Positions 38,612 through 51,885 of a stretch of DNA of 64,000 nt are shown one piece after another (the stretch's first letter is position 1; each line of letters starts with the position of its first letter). Location: NCBI RefSeq assembly GCF_001194135.2, contig NC_068992.1:63711456-63775455 (forward strand). The letters run 5' to 3'. A program made the translations under genes and the position numbers. The notes beneath the pieces were generated by a model. It had not been told where the DNA came from. It worked only from the letters and a program-made list of their open reading frames with translations, and did no database searches. This DNA comes from Octopus bimaculoides (taxonomy: Eukaryota).

Positions 38612-41300
38612 CTGGGATAAAACAGAAAAACGACACAATATAGAGGAGAAAGAAAGATAGAAAGAAAGGAAGATAGAAAGGAGGAGGAGGAATAACAAGA
38701 ATTAACTTTTTTTACAACCAAAACCAATCAAAATAAACAGACAGAACGAATAAACAAAGAATTGAGTCTTAGAAACGACTGCATTGTTATAAGTCAAATT
38801 AAGAAATACAAATATTATTTCTATGAAATATTTAACTATACAAATCCACCATAATATATTTCAATTAGAGCTGAGGTTTATTTTGTTTTGTTTTATATTT
38901 TTTTTACTTGGATTTATTATTGCTATAATCGTCGTCGCCATCGTTGTTGTTGTTGTTGTTGTTTTTACTGCTGCAATTGCTGCCGGTGTTATCAAAATAC
39001 CATAATTATAACATTTGGCACATAATGGTACAATATTATTCCATCCGAGTTTCCCAACAATAAAGCCATCTTGAATCAGTTATTTCTGATATGTTTATTT
39101 CAAATACTGTTCCTTTACGACTTTGCTATTGTATATAATGTTGTTTTTTTTCTCTTGTACAAATATTTATACACTCCCAGCTAAACATAATCTTTAACTT
39201 GTTAACTACACGCATTATTATTGTAGTTGTCGTTGTTGTTGTTATTGTTGTTGTCGTTGTTGCATTGGCAAGATACCCCTTAACATCGCCCATAAGTTTT
39301 CTTAACTGTGTTTTAAAACAAAAGTTATATTGTAAAATGTGTTTGTATTGGTTTGTTGCTAAACTGATGAGGATCCTGGAGAACCGGTCAGTTTTCGGTT
39401 TTGTAGTGTTGTCTTTTGTTTTGTTTTCTCCCCACCACCACCATTCGAGGCGGAATTTGTTCATTTTCTTTTTGAACTTAACAATTCTTCAAAAGAAACA
39501 TGGGGTCACAAATGGTGGTTTCGAATGTCCGTCGGATCAACGCCTACAAAAGTATTTCTCACAGCTGCCTCTCTTTGCCCTTATTGTGGCGCAGGTATGT
39601 CTATGTGGTAAGAAGTTTGCTTCCCGATCACATGGTTTGGGGTTCAATCCTACTGTGTTGCACCTTGTGCAAGTGTTTTCTACGAAAGCCTCAGGCCGAC
39701 CAATGCCTTGCGAGTGAATTTGGTAGATGGAAACTGAAAAAGCCTGTCGTATGGTATGTGTGTGTGTGTGTGTGTGTGTGTGTNNNNNNNNNNNNNNNNN
39801 NNNNNNNNNNNNNNNNNNNNNNNNNNNNNNNNNNNNNNNNNNNNNNNNNNNNNNNNNNNNNNNNNNNNNNNNNNNNNNNNNNNNNNNNNNNNNNNNNNNN
39901 NNNNNNNNNNNNNNNNNNNNNNNNNNNNNNNNNNNNNNNNNNNNNNNNNNNNNNNNNNNNNNNNNNNNNNNNNNNNNNNNNNNNNNNNNNNNNNNNNNNN
40001 NNNNNNNNNNNNNNNNNNNNNNNNNNNNNNNNNNNNNNNNNNNNNNNNNNNNNNNNNNNNNNNNNNNNNNNNNNNNNNNNNNNNNNNNNNNNNNNNNNNN
40101 NNNNNNNNNNNNNNNNNNNNNNNNNNNNNNNNNNNNNNNATAAAAGATGTTACAGTAACGGCAGCAACAACAACAACAACAATGTTACATAAAGAAAACA
40201 ACAGCAGCCTGGCGAACTCCACCGCTGCCACCGACCGCAACATGTAGCAGTAACGACAACAAACCACTAGAAACAGCAACAATAACAAAGGCAACAAAAA
40301 GGAAATTATGGATAATAACCATCACCAGCAGCAGCATCACCACCACCGCTGCAGTAAATGGCGGCGAGGTGGCAGAGTCGTTAGCACGCCTTTACGTTCT
40401 GAGTTCAAATTCCGCCGAGGACGACTTCGCCTTTTATTCTTTAGGGGTCGATAAAAAAAAGTACCAGTTGAACGCTGAAGTCGATGTAATCGACTTAAGC
40501 GAAATTGCTGGTCTTGTGCCAAATTTTGAAATCAATAAATAGCAGCGATGTTAAAGACATCTCTAATGACATCTCCAGCGATTCCTTAACGGTGGTTTAG
40601 TTTGGTCACCATTTGTCACTCTCGTTCTCTCACTGCTCGTCTCTTTCATAAGGATGCAGTAATGGGTCAAGCAAGGACCGAAGCAAAGCGCTTGGTTTCT
40701 GAAATATCAAACGCTCACAGTCCTCTATCAATCAAGCAATGCGTTTGCTGAAAGGTCCCTGATTGCATTCTATAGACGATTAGTGGCGAATTAAAGCGAC
40801 GATGCTCTCGGGAAAATTCTAGGCGTCGATGAAAACCAGCTGGTTGGTCTATTCGGAAGGACTATCACGCCGGGGCCCATGAAAAATTTCCAGAAATCCC
40901 TAATCTGGCATCATGCGCTTTCTACTCCCGGTGTAAAACAGTCCTGAAGCAGATCTAATGTGGGGAGGGTGTATCATTGGTGAGGTCGCGAATGGCAACG
41001 AAAAGACTTTGACTAGCCTAGTTGATTAATTGATTGATCGAAGTATTAATTAAACACTTGGTAAGTTAATTAAATAAATGGTTAAGCAATTCACTAATAA
41101 TAATAAAAGATGTGAAATAGAACCAATGCGTGTGTTTATTTTTGGCCTAATGAACCTCCCGAGATACAACAAAATATGTTTCAACACCCGAGTTCACATC
41201 AAGAATCTTGCAAACCAAATACAAAAGCTAAATTAATAGAGAGAGAGGGGTTGAGTTTCCGTTTTTTTTTTATTAAAATTAAAAAGTGTTTGCTACTTGC

Positions 41301-41395
41301 CCGATTGAAGGAGGAAGGAATGAAATACTGCCTAAAGCATTTCTTGGATCTGATTCTTCGCTTTCTTTAAATTTAGGGTCATGGGTTGTCTGATT
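41301..41395 (-). CDS. ODAD1: ODAD1-family penultimate exon with GC donor
   Basis: ttgcag|41395, phase 0; NQTTHDPKFKESEESDPRNALGSISFLPPSI, ending gg|GCAAGT in phase 2, which matches the phase-2 acceptor at 38611. Confidence 0.7.
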
Positions 41396-41453
41396 CTGCA
41401 ATTAATAATAATAATGATAATGATTATGATGATGATGATGATGATGATGATGT

Positions 41454-41490
<37 letters not shown>

Positions 41491-41491
41491 A

Positions 41492-41538
<47 letters not shown>

Positions 41539-41850
41539 CTCGAGCCACTTCTAATTTATATTTGAACACTGTGAAGTGGTTGGAGGGGTTCTGAAGAGCA
41601 ACTACGCTCATTGGAGCTTTCTCGCTCATCAGTTCATGTCAAACTGTTCAACCCCTGACAGCATAAAAAGAAACATTAAATGATGATGTATGACGGTGAT
41701 GATTTTGTGTGTGCGTACGCGCGCGCCCGCACGTGTGCGCCTCTGTCACGTGAGAAACGAAATCACGAATTTAAACGACCACCAACTGAAAGCTGATACG
41801 AACTTTACTTCTTAACCAATGTGATGTGTATGGCGTTGTACTACACATAC

Positions 41851-42014
41851 CTTACTAGAGAGATACATTTGAATAATCAACAGTTCGTTAACTCGCTGTT
41901 CTATTACTCCCAAGTACTGGATCATATTTGTTTGAGTAATGCCGGCTGACAGGCCCAGAAGATCGTCAATAGGAGCCGGGTCACACTGGGTAACCGTGAA
42001 GACGGATTTGATGG
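41851..42014 (-). CDS. ODAD1: ODAD1-family exon
   Basis: ctgtttcag|42014, 41851|gtatgt, phase 1-0; IKSVFTVTQCDPAPIDDLLGLSAGITQTNMIQYLGVIEQRVNELL (family CD...I..MLG...G....NM..YLG.IEQ..NELL). Not in the supplied ORF track. Confidence 0.9.
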
Positions 42015-42253
42015 CTGAAACAGAGAGACAGGATGAGAGTATAAGAGAGAGGATGTAGCTAGAGAAACTGTGTGAGGGGGAAGAGAAAGAGAGGGAGAGA
42101 GAAATTTAGGATTTGAGTGTTAAAGAATTATCCTATATAAATATATTTCCCCTTCTTCCTAGCTCTCCTGTGTGACCTCTCCAGCATTCGCCATGATAGA
42201 TCGCTAGCCACTATACTTTTTTCTATTTTCTCTCCCTGTTTATTTCTGCGTTC

Positions 42254-42289
42254 CTTTCTGTCGAAGAGCGTAGGCTCGAAACGTAAATG
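42254..42289 (+). ncRNA. Minimal hammerhead-like motif (U6 variant), second copy
   Basis: CUUU-CUGUCGA-A-GAGC(GUAG)GCUC-GAAA-CG-UA-AAUG; flanks (42190-42360) are homologous to 28460-28620. Confidence 0.6.
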
Positions 42290-43216
42290 ATTTTCTCATT
42301 TCCCGAGCGTTAAACTAATACATCTGCTTGTTATTTACACACCCGTCTTCGTCTTTTGTTGTTTTGTTTTTTTGTAAATTCTCACTATATATATATATAT
42401 ATATATATNNNNNNNNNNNNNNNNNNNNNNNNNNNNNNNNNNNNNNNNNNNNNNNNNNNNNNNNNNNNNNNNNNNNNNNNNNNNNNNNNNNNNNNNNNNN
42501 NNNNNNNNNNNNNNNNNNNNNNNNNNNNNNNNNNNNNNNNNNNNNNNNNNNNNNNNNNNNNNNNNNNNNNNNNNNNNNNNNNNNNNNNNNNNNNNNNNNN
42601 NNNNNNNNNNNNNNNNNNNNNNNNNNNNNNNNNNNNNNNNNNNNNNNNNNNNNNNNNNNNNNNNNNNNNNNNNNNNNNNNNNNNNNNNNNNNNNNNNNNN
42701 NNNNNNCACACACACACGCACACACACACACACACATACATACATGCATGGTGGTTGCAACTTGATTTCGAGCAATGCCATTCCTTAATTGTTCTCTGAA
42801 ATATTTGCAGCACAAATATAGCTTTCCAGTCCAAGTTTGAAATCTCCGCTCTTTTGCACAGATGTGGAAACGATGGATGCCATACCCGCCTCCCCCCCTC
42901 ATCCTCACCACCACCACCACTCCACAGGAGCTCAGAGAACTTAACACCTACACCGACACATGCCTTCATTTTATCCTGGAATTTTACTTTTTTTTAGCGC
43001 GTTTGTATTTTCTGGTCAACCATGGTATGCTTCGCATATAACATCTGCAACTTCGGTTGTATCCAATGATGTAGATTAGTTTTTCCTTATGGGCAAATGC
43101 ATCTACAAATACATACATACCATACATGCTATATACATACATACGTACTTAAGTATATACATAGTATAGCATAACGTAACATAACAACATAGACCAGATT
43201 TCAAAGAAAATCTTAC

Positions 43217-43385
43217 CAGTTTTAATTTGATCAAATATCTTTGAAATTTCTTTGACCGATTCTTCTTTGATTGATATATCTTTGGACACTTCCACCCTCA
43301 GTGATTCCAGTTCATTTAAAATCTTCTTCCTCTCGAAGTCAAGCTGGGCACCTTCATTCTGGAAATTCTCAATATCTTTTTGGAT
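43217..43385 (-). CDS. ODAD1: ODAD1-family exon
   Basis: ttaatag|43385, 43217|gtaag, phase 0-1; IQKDIENFQNEGAQLDFERKKILNELE...KIFDQIKT. Confidence 0.88.
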
Positions 43386-43556
43386 CTATTAAAACAAGGT
43401 TGATCATAATTTTCAAACGAAATTTTTAATATTCAATGATTTTTGTTTTATTCAAATTGTGATTAATGCAGAAATAAATGTCTTGATTCAGTAGTTAACT
43501 ACTTTGGATGGATGGATGGATGGATGGATGGACATTTAACAAACATGCGTACAAAC

Positions 43557-43771
43557 CTCTTTCGTCTGGTCATTTAGCAGCTCAATTTCACTGTTCATCT
43601 CATTAACATAATTGAAGAGGGCGAAGTTTTTATCTTCCACTTCAATGAACTTTGGTACGTCCAGATCCAAATTGTCTTCACCGGTCATCGCTTTGATTCT
43701 TGCTACAGCGGCTTCGTATCTCTCCACAGAGTCTTCTTGGCTCTCCTTTTTCCTTTCAGCTTCCAAAACCT
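43557..43771 (-). CDS. ODAD1: ODAD1-family exon
   Basis: tattatag|43771, 43557|gtttgt, phase 1-0; contains the family hallmark FIEVEDKNFALFNYVNEMNSEIE. Confidence 0.92.
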
Positions 43772-43884
43772 CTATAATACAAACATGGCGACAAAATGTA
43801 GAAAGACTGAAAGAGGCAAGCACTAAGAGATTAATTTGAAGAACAGAAAGACTTACATTGATCAATGCTCGCTCTCACTCTCCT

Positions 43885-43943
<59 letters not shown>

Positions 43944-44399
43944 NNNNNNNNNNNNNNNNNNNNNNNNNNNNNNNNNNNNNNNNNNNNNNNNNNNNNNNNN
44001 NNNNNNNNNNNNNNNNNNNNNNNNNNNNNNNNNNNNNNNNNNNNNNNNNNNNNNNNNNNNNNNNNNNNNNNNNNNNNNNNNNNNNNNNNNNNNNNNNNNN
44101 NNNNNNNNNNNNNNNNNNNNNNNNNNNNNNNNNNNNNNNNNNNNNNNNNNNNNNNNNNNNNNNNNNNNNNNNNNNNNNNNNNNNNNNNNNNNNNNNNNNN
44201 NNNNNNNNNNNNNNNNNNNNNNNNNNNNNNNNNNNNNNNNNNNNNNNNNNNNNNNNNNNNNNNNNNNNNNNNNNNNNNNNNNNNNNNNNNNNNNNNNNNN
44301 NNNNNNNNNNNNNNNNNNNNNNNNNNNNNNNNNNNNNNNNNNNNNNNNNNNNNNNNNNNNNNNNNNNNNNNNNNNNNNNNNNNNNNNNNNNNNNNNNNN

Positions 44400-44446
<47 letters not shown>

Positions 44447-44903
44447 CCTCTCTTTCTCTCTCTCAACGTAAAACATCGGTGCCGTGTGGTTAACAAATTT
44501 GAATTTACTTCTCAACCTCTCACTTTTGGGTTCAGCAACGCTTTGTGAGGGAAATTTAGTAAATGGAAACTGTACAGAAGCCTGTCGTATCAGTTGTATA
44601 TAGATAGACAGCCATATAGCTATTTTATATATGAGTACGTGTGTGTGTATAAATATATTACGTTATATATATATATGTGTGTGTGTACGTATATGTATAT
44701 GTATGTATGTGCGTGTGTATGTATATATGTGTGTGTATGGATGGATGGATGGATGGATGGATGGATGGATGGATGGATACACTCTTTTAGCATTGAAAAC
44801 TTTTTAAGCCTTTTTGTTTTGTTTTCTGGAACTGAAGTAATCGATTAAACCCATTTTAACCCATTTCTCAAAAAGGTCGCTGGTTTTGTGCCTAAATTAG
44901 AAA

Positions 44904-44949
<46 letters not shown>

Positions 44950-45614
44950 TTGTTTTCAAGCAAAGTAATATTTCCCCATGACCGGACATGTTTTCACGGA
45001 AGATTGGAAACAAAGGCCTCTGCTTGTATGATGGTGACATTCATTTACTACTGTTACGCGATGACATGGTAGGGAGACAGTAACACACACACACATACAC
45101 ACACACACACATACACACACACAATTATTTTTCTTGTTGTTGCTACTATTATTGTTATCAACGTTGTTGTTGTTGTTGTTGCTGCTGCTTCTGCTGTTGT
45201 TGTTATTGTTGTTGTTGTTACATATTTGTACTTTGGTGAAAAACGAACTTCTTTTTCGTCCACTCTCTCCACATCGTTAAATATCACCACGCTTTTCAGA
45301 AAATGAATTAATCATTCTATTTTTTTACATGTTTGTCTAGCATAAACCTATTCTGCAAGACAAATTAATTTCATTTAATTAATTTTACGATAAAACAGAA
45401 TTTAATCTAACTCTCAGAACACTGTTTTGGTTCACTTTCACTTGCAATCATACGATGCCAACCAAATAATGCTCATCAAAAGCAAAAGAACACAAACATT
45501 TCTGCAAACCGTGGAGCAGAAATATTCAAACAAGTCAGCTTTGTAGTGAAACATACAAGATTTTTTCAAAAGAAATTCTTTGTTCTCTGAAAAGCATGAT
45601 AGCTTATTGGATCA

Positions 45615-46018
45615 TACTCTTTACTCTTTTACTTGTTTCAGTCATTTGACTGCGGCCATGCTGGAGCACCGCCTTTAGTCGAGCAAATCGACCCCAGGAC
45701 TTATTCTTTGGAAGCCTAGTACTTATTCTATCGATCTCTTTTGCCGAACCGCTAAGTTACGGGGACGTAAACACACCACCATCGGTTGTCAAGCGATGGT
45801 GGGGGAACAAACACAGACACACAAACACACACACACATATATATATACATATATACGACGGGCTTCTTTCAGTTTCCGTCTACCAAATCCACTCACAAGG
45901 CTTTGGTCGGCCCGAGGCTATAGTTGAAGACACTTGCCCAAGGTGACACGCAGTGGGACTGAAACCGGAACCATGTGGTTGGTAAGCAAGCTACTTACCA
46001 CACAGCCACTCCTGCGCC
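45615..46018 (-). mobile_element. Full-length tRNA-headed SINE (family with ccttgggcaagtg core and internal (CA)/(TA) microsatellite)
   Basis: Head ggcgcaggagtggctgtgtggtaag...ggtttcagtccc and tail (agtaaa)n. Homologous copies at 1-200, 4870-5205, 10010-10397, 13220-13360 (-), 36295-36900, 37625-37800 (-), 39588-39783 and ~59800-59900. Confidence 0.88.
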
Positions 46019-46854
46019 TATGTTTAAGATTTGTTCATCATCAACAACAAGAACAACAATACCAATAACATTGGTACGATCACAGAGACAGGAATGCTAC
46101 CAAGCGAGAAATGCATGCTCAAAGATAGTTTTGCCCAATTTGCTTTCAGTATCAAATTTTAGATATGGACGTAGCACAATCCCAATCAGAGCTGTTGAAA
46201 AGCTATATTTAAAAGGGTTCAAATTCTTTGTCCAAATAATTCGGAAGAAGGTAATGAGAAGATTTAATTATCTGCGTTTACTAAGAGAAGAGCAGAAGTT
46301 TTCCTGTAGCTTCAAAAGCAAGTTAAAGGAGACTTTGGTAGATGTGGGGACTAGCATGTTTTACATTAAAAAAGGGTAAAGCCTACGTTACCATCTACCT
46401 GGCCTACAAAATCGAGGACGAGGTGTGGCACCAGGCAGATTTTACACTCGCGATTTTACGCTCATAATCTTGTGCCCTAGTATGTGAGGCGCACAAGAGT
46501 GACAATCAGGTATACGGAAAAGGATATTGACCGCATCACCTCGACGCCTTTGAGGTACAATATCGTAGGGTGTTAAGTAGATGAATAATGAAGAACGATG
46601 TAAGATCAGTAGGGGGTCAACATAGACTTATGGCTGCTCTTGATCCTTCAAGACTTCAGACCAATACTGGAGCTATGTTCAGTTGGGGTATGAGACTGAT
46701 GGTGCAGAGCAAAATGTCCAGTTTCACAGTTGTGGTTGTAAGTACCAGCTTCCAACCCCTTTACCATTCCTCAGTCTTCAACCACTACCCTGATGGGTGC
46801 CATACAGTTATTTTTGTCTAATTTTGTTGTGTTTTGCATAACATTGTGTGCATG

Positions 46855-46970
46855 TATGTCATTATTCAGTTTATTTCAAGAATTCTTGCCAATAGAGAAA
46901 GAGCCGGTTTCTAACCTAGATCCAAGGCTCCTTCATTGCAATTTCAACATCAACAACAGGGTATTTTTGT
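46855..46970 (-). repeat. Short dispersed repeat (ttgttgatgttgaaattccaatgaaggagccttggatctaggttagaaaccgg...)
   Basis: Three copies: 28190-28295 (+), 46855-46970 (-) and 53992-54092 (+), each attached to (tacatac)n. Confidence 0.75.
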
Positions 46971-47259
46971 TTTGTATGTATGTGTGTGTATGTATGTATG
47001 TATGTATGTGTGTATGTATGTATGTATGTATGTATGTATGTATGTATGTGTGTGTGTATGTATGTATGTATGTATGTATGTATGTATGTATGCGTGTGTA
47101 TGTATGTATGTATGTATGTATTTTGTCACTTAGGGACAGCAAAGATTATCAGGAAGATTTTAAACACTTGAAAGACATCTGAAAACTTGTGGATACCTAA
47201 GGTTACTCGCTACCCACATAAATCCTATCAGGAATAAGACCGAACCTGAGCCAAACCAA

Positions 47260-47318
<59 letters not shown>

Positions 47319-47752
47319 CGACGACGACAACAACAACAACAACAACAACAACAATAATAATNNNNNNNNNNNNNNNNNNNNNNNNNNNNNNNNNNNNNNN
47401 NNNNNNNNNNNNNNNNNNNNNNNNNNNNNNNNNNNNNNNNNNNNNNNNNNNNNNNNNNNNNNNNNNNNNNNNNNNNNNNNNNNNNNNNNNNNNNNNNNNN
47501 NNNNNNNNNNNNNNNNNNNNNNNNNNNNNNNNNNNNNNNNNNNNNNTAAGTTCAAAAAAAGGAAAAAGACAAAAAACAAAAACAAAAAACAACAACTTGA
47601 GGACGTGATACGGATTGTGTTACTAGACGCTCGGGAAAGGAAAGAGATTATGTCTACTAAACCCTTCAAGGTAGTGTGCCCTAGCATGGCTGCAATCCAA
47701 TGATTAAAAAAAGTAAAAGATAAAAATCATCTACCCAATAGAATCACTTTAC

Positions 47753-47934
47753 CTGTAACTGTAGGCTTGTGTTGATTTCTCTACAAGATGAATAATATTC
47801 TGACGAATATGGTGGTACTCTTTCTCAAGTTTTTGATGGATCACATCAAATTTCTCCTTTTCGGCTTTCAAAGAATCGATTTTTTGGCGCAGGTGGCGGT
47901 TTTCAGTCAAATAATGATTGAATTTTTTACACGT
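47753..47934 (-). CDS. ODAD1: ODAD1-family exon 4
   Basis: ttacag|47934, 47753|gtaaag, phase 0-2; TCKKFNHYLTENRHLRQKIDSLKAEKEKFD...STQAYSY (family FN..L..N..LR..ID.LR.E...STQAY). Confidence 0.88.
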
Positions 47935-48158
47935 CTGTAATACAAAAAATTATTCAATGTCAATAATTAGGGAGTCGTTTACATCTGGGGTCCACAACTA
48001 CCGAGCTGTAAACCAGTGTCAAACCGCAGAGAAAGAATACATTCTAAAATTTTATATTTATTTTACTGACTAACGCAGACTGCAGGGTGCTTTTGTATTG
48101 TATATCTATTATATATGATCGCCATAAGTTTTAAGCTTAAATAAAAATACCATTATTA

Positions 48159-48194
<36 letters not shown>

Positions 48195-48411
48195 TTGCCT
48201 TTAACAATAAATAATGTGCCAACTGCTAATGTCATTAAATGTGGCATGTTTTGTTTTTGGGTAAAAACCTCTGCGTACAGTCAAATTTACTCTGGAACGA
48301 TAAAATGTATACCAGTGATATAATGTGTCTTTTCGAATAGAGTACAACTCTGTCTTTCCTGGTATTCAGTTAAAAAACAATATTACTAGTAAATTAACTG
48401 CATTCACTTAC

Positions 48412-48593
48412 ATGATCCAGACGATTCTCCATTACTCTGATGGTTTTCTCCACGGCAATGCTATATTTTAAGTTCTTACCAAAGCTACCATAAATCTGAT
48501 TCCATTCCTTTTGCTTCCTCATCCAGTCTGTTAACTGCTGATCCAAGTGGTTGATTATCTCCCTATCTTTCTGGATATCTACATCGATATTAT
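48412..48593 (-). CDS. ODAD1: ODAD1-family exon 3
   Basis: ttacag|48593, 48412|gtaagt, phase 1-0; ends KTIRVMENRLDH (family motif IRVLENRLD). Confidence 0.88.
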
Positions 48594-48761
48594 CTGTAAC
48601 AGAAAAACACACAAAAGTATAGCTTCTGAATTAATCTATCAGAGAAAATACACATTGATATATTCATAGATGTTATTTATAAGTAGTCCATGATAATATA
48701 TCTAAAAATTTCGTTTTAGGATTTGGTTTGCAAAATTTTTTGTGATTTCGTGTGTTGAAGC

Positions 48762-48929
48762 ATATTCTGTTGTGTCTGGGGAGAGTCATTTTCTTATTGT
48801 GCCTTAAAATTTAACACACTCACCGGTTTAGGAAAATAAAAATAAGAAATAAGTTGAAATTTTACCGGTGAGTTTGTTAAATTTTAAGGCACAATAAGAA
48901 AATGATTCTCCCCAGACACAACAGAATAT
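48762..48929. mobile_element. MITE-like foldback element
   Basis: ~66-bp terminal inverted repeats (atattctgttgtgtctggggaga...ctcaccggt), 2 mismatches, ~36-bp spacer, TA dinucleotide near each end. Confidence 0.75.
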
Positions 48930-48949
48930 CTAAAAATATTATCGGAAAG

Positions 48950-49910
48950 AGATAATCCATGATAATATAGCCATAGAAGAAATGGGATAGCGTGGAAGAC
49001 ATAGACCAAGGAAGGAGATATGAGAAAGTGATTTAGGAAGGCAGACGTGGGGCAGATAGACAGACTGAAGGAAATAGCCAAAAGAAAGATAGAACAAAGT
49101 AAGTATTCAAAGAAGAGAGAGACAGAGACAGAAAGAGAGACAGAGACAGAGAGAGACAGAGAGATAGGGATACAGAGAGAGACAGAGACAGAGGCAGACA
49201 GGCAGACAGGAAGACAGGAAGACAGGAAGACAGGAAGACAGGAAGACAGGCAGACAGGCAGAGACCAAGAAAGATATTCGTGAAAGATATCCTAAGGAAG
49301 GGACCATAAGGAAAGTTAAACGCTTGAAGATACCATTAAAGAGCTAAGCCTAGAAAGGAATCTATAGGAAAACTAGACGAATGAGTTACTCATTGGAGAC
49401 AGACGAAGAAAATAACAGATAGGGAGGCAGACACGGGAAGTTAGTATGAGAGAGATAGACTAAAGAAGGCAAGCATGGGAGAGATAGACCGCGGAAGCTA
49501 CTCATAGTAACGGTAACCCAAGGAATGAACCATGGGAAAGATCGACACTGGAAGATGCTGTGGGAGAAATAAACTAAAGAGAGCAACCATGATAGAAAAA
49601 AAGACCAAAGAAGGTACTTACAGGAAAGACAACCCGAGGAAGGAAGCACGAGAAAACACCATGGAAGAGAAAGATCCAATAAGAAGGTAGTCATGTGAAC
49701 GACAGAGCAATTAGGGTGTTCGGGAGAAAGACAAAGACAGGAAATGAACATAGGAGAGACAGACTAATGAAGGCAACTATAGAAGAGATGGTTCAAGGGA
49801 AAGATAAACCAAGAGTGAACCTTATGGGAGATATCAATAAAGGAAGGATTCGTAAACAGTATCTATAGGAGAGATGAACCACAAAAAAGGTACATTAGGA
49901 GAGTATTTGT
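48950..49910. repeat. Purine-rich degenerate tandem repeat region
   Basis: Recurring c(c/t)at(a/g)ggagagatagac-like units plus (gacaggaa)n and (gagaca)n. Confidence 0.55.
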
Positions 49911-50034
49911 GGCAAATTAAGATAATCTGTCTTTTCTAACATGTTCAACGATTACATAGAGACTCTATCTATCTATCTAATCTATCTATCTATCTATCTA
50001 TCTTCTCTCTCTCCTCTCTCTATCTCTCTCTCTC

Positions 50035-50074
<40 letters not shown>

Positions 50075-50179
50075 AAATCTGTGGTTTTAGTACGTTGGTG
50101 AGTGAGTGAATGAGTGGGCGGAAGAGGATGGAAAAGAAGAGGAGAGTGAAAATGTGAGAGGGGAGAAGAAGTAAGCGAA

Positions 50180-50258
<79 letters not shown>

Positions 50259-50857
50259 CTGCGCATGTGATCGAGTGAACGGGCGGGTGCGTGTGTATGT
50301 AAATGATTGAGTGAATGAGTAAGTGAAAATGTATGTGAATGGGTGTCCAAGATTGCGTATATAAATGAGTGTGTGAGGAAGAGGAGGAATAAGTGAACGA
50401 GTGCGAAAGCGAGTGAAGAAAGGAGAGAACGAGTGGGTGAGTGAGTAGGTGAGTGAGTGGGTGAGTGAGTGAGTGAGTGAGTGAGTGAGTGAGTGAGTGA
50501 GCGAGTGAGTGTGTGGGTGAGTGGGTGAGTGACATTGCCAATCGGTTCAATAACCTCCTTTCTTTATTTTATTTTCGAGGCCAGTACGGAACTGTAGCCA
50601 TAGCACTGTTTGACACAAATATAAACAGTGCCATCTTAAAGACCGGTTGCATACAGCACTTACCCAGAAATCGTTCGGATCCCGGGGGCCTGACGGTAAC
50701 CCACCAATGAAGTGGTATTTAGGAGGCCCAATATATTGCTTCTCCCAGTGAAGACAATAAATTACTAAAACAGCCCTGCAAATGAACAGTACTTTATCAT
50801 ATTCTATTGCGCTCTGTTACCGACCAAACTAAGATTATTTAAATAACTACTCTTTAC

Positions 50858-50988
50858 CTTTTGTTTTAGATAAATTCTTCAATATCGCAGCATTCTTCGA
50901 GTCCATTCGTTGGTTTCTTTCACATTCAGCAAGAGATAGTTCTTTGTTTAGTTCATTCCTCTCCGTTTCCAATATAGAAATTTCATAT
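50858..50988 (-). CDS. ODAD1: ODAD1-family exon 2 (coiled coil)
   Basis: catcaag|50988, 50858|gtaaag, phase 2-1; YEISILETERNELNKELSLAECERNQRMDSKN. Confidence 0.8.
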
Positions 50989-51885
50989 CTTGATGGGAAA
51001 TATATTGAGATTTTTACATTTAAATCTTGAAACAGTCAATGAAACTCGTAAACTCTTAAATTCTCTTTTCTTGTTTCTTAATAATCACGAAATATCAAAA
51101 ACAATTTTGGCCAATCATTGCAGCTTGCTCAGTGACAAAATTCCACTCCATCTGTTGGGAATCAGTTACAGGCGAAGTTTTGTAAGCGCCTGTGCCTAAC
51201 CGTGTGGCATAGTGATTGCACTCACAATCATAAGATTGTGATTTCAATTCCTGGGCAGGGCAGTGTGTCACGGTTTTTTTTTTTTTTTCTGAGCAAAATA
51301 TTTACTTCCCTTCATGTTGCTCCGTCCAATCAGCTGTAAATGAGTTGCAGTAATAGCTACGCCTGCGCCACATATATAAATATACATATCGGTTTGGTGA
51401 TGCAAACAGGAAAAGTAAAACTCAAAATATGAATATATGGAGTACTGATTATCTTCATTTTAACGTGTGTGTTCTCTTACAACCCACGATACTGCTATTT
51501 TAACCCGAGGAAGATATCTCCTCTACCTGGTTATTCAGTGCGCTTTCGCACTCGATGTTCATTGCAAGGGGGAAAGAACTCCTGCGACCACCAGATCACG
51601 TGATTTCGATCTTATTGGATCACTTCAGCGGTGGACACTCGTTTGCCAGTCATGGCGTTAGTCTGATCTCGCTTGCAATATATAGAAAATATAGTGCCAT
51701 ACAATCACAGGTCTTGTAACCAGAAGCAACAGAAGTAACCAGGAGCAACAAGTCTGATAAGTGCTAACGCACGAAACTATAGGCCTTTGACTCACTCCGT
51801 TGCTTCTGCTAAATATCAGTAAATATACATATATATTTTTAATACATTGTGATTATAAGGGGAAGGTATAGAGAGATTTTCTTAC

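Noticed and set aside
40819-40836. 17/18-nt match to the ODAD1 last exon (ctaggcgtYgatgaaaac) in inverted orientation
   Set aside because: A match this short is expected by chance in a 64-kb self-comparison and does not extend.
41540-41665. ORF MSEKAPMSVVALQNPSNH as an ODAD1 exon, and its CTGATGA as a hammerhead
   Set aside because: The true exons (42014-41851, 41395-41301) already join in phase; the CTGATGA lacks a paired stem II followed by GAAA.
42740-42890. - strand frame with ...ANISENN* resembling ODAD1 GITENN
   Set aside because: In-frame stop and no acceptor; the real homologous exon is at 41851-42014.
43850-43900. Strong gtaagt donor on - at ~43856 as the end of the missing ODAD1 exon
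   Set aside because: Two frames have stops and the third creates TAG on splicing; the upstream sequence is (GA)n.
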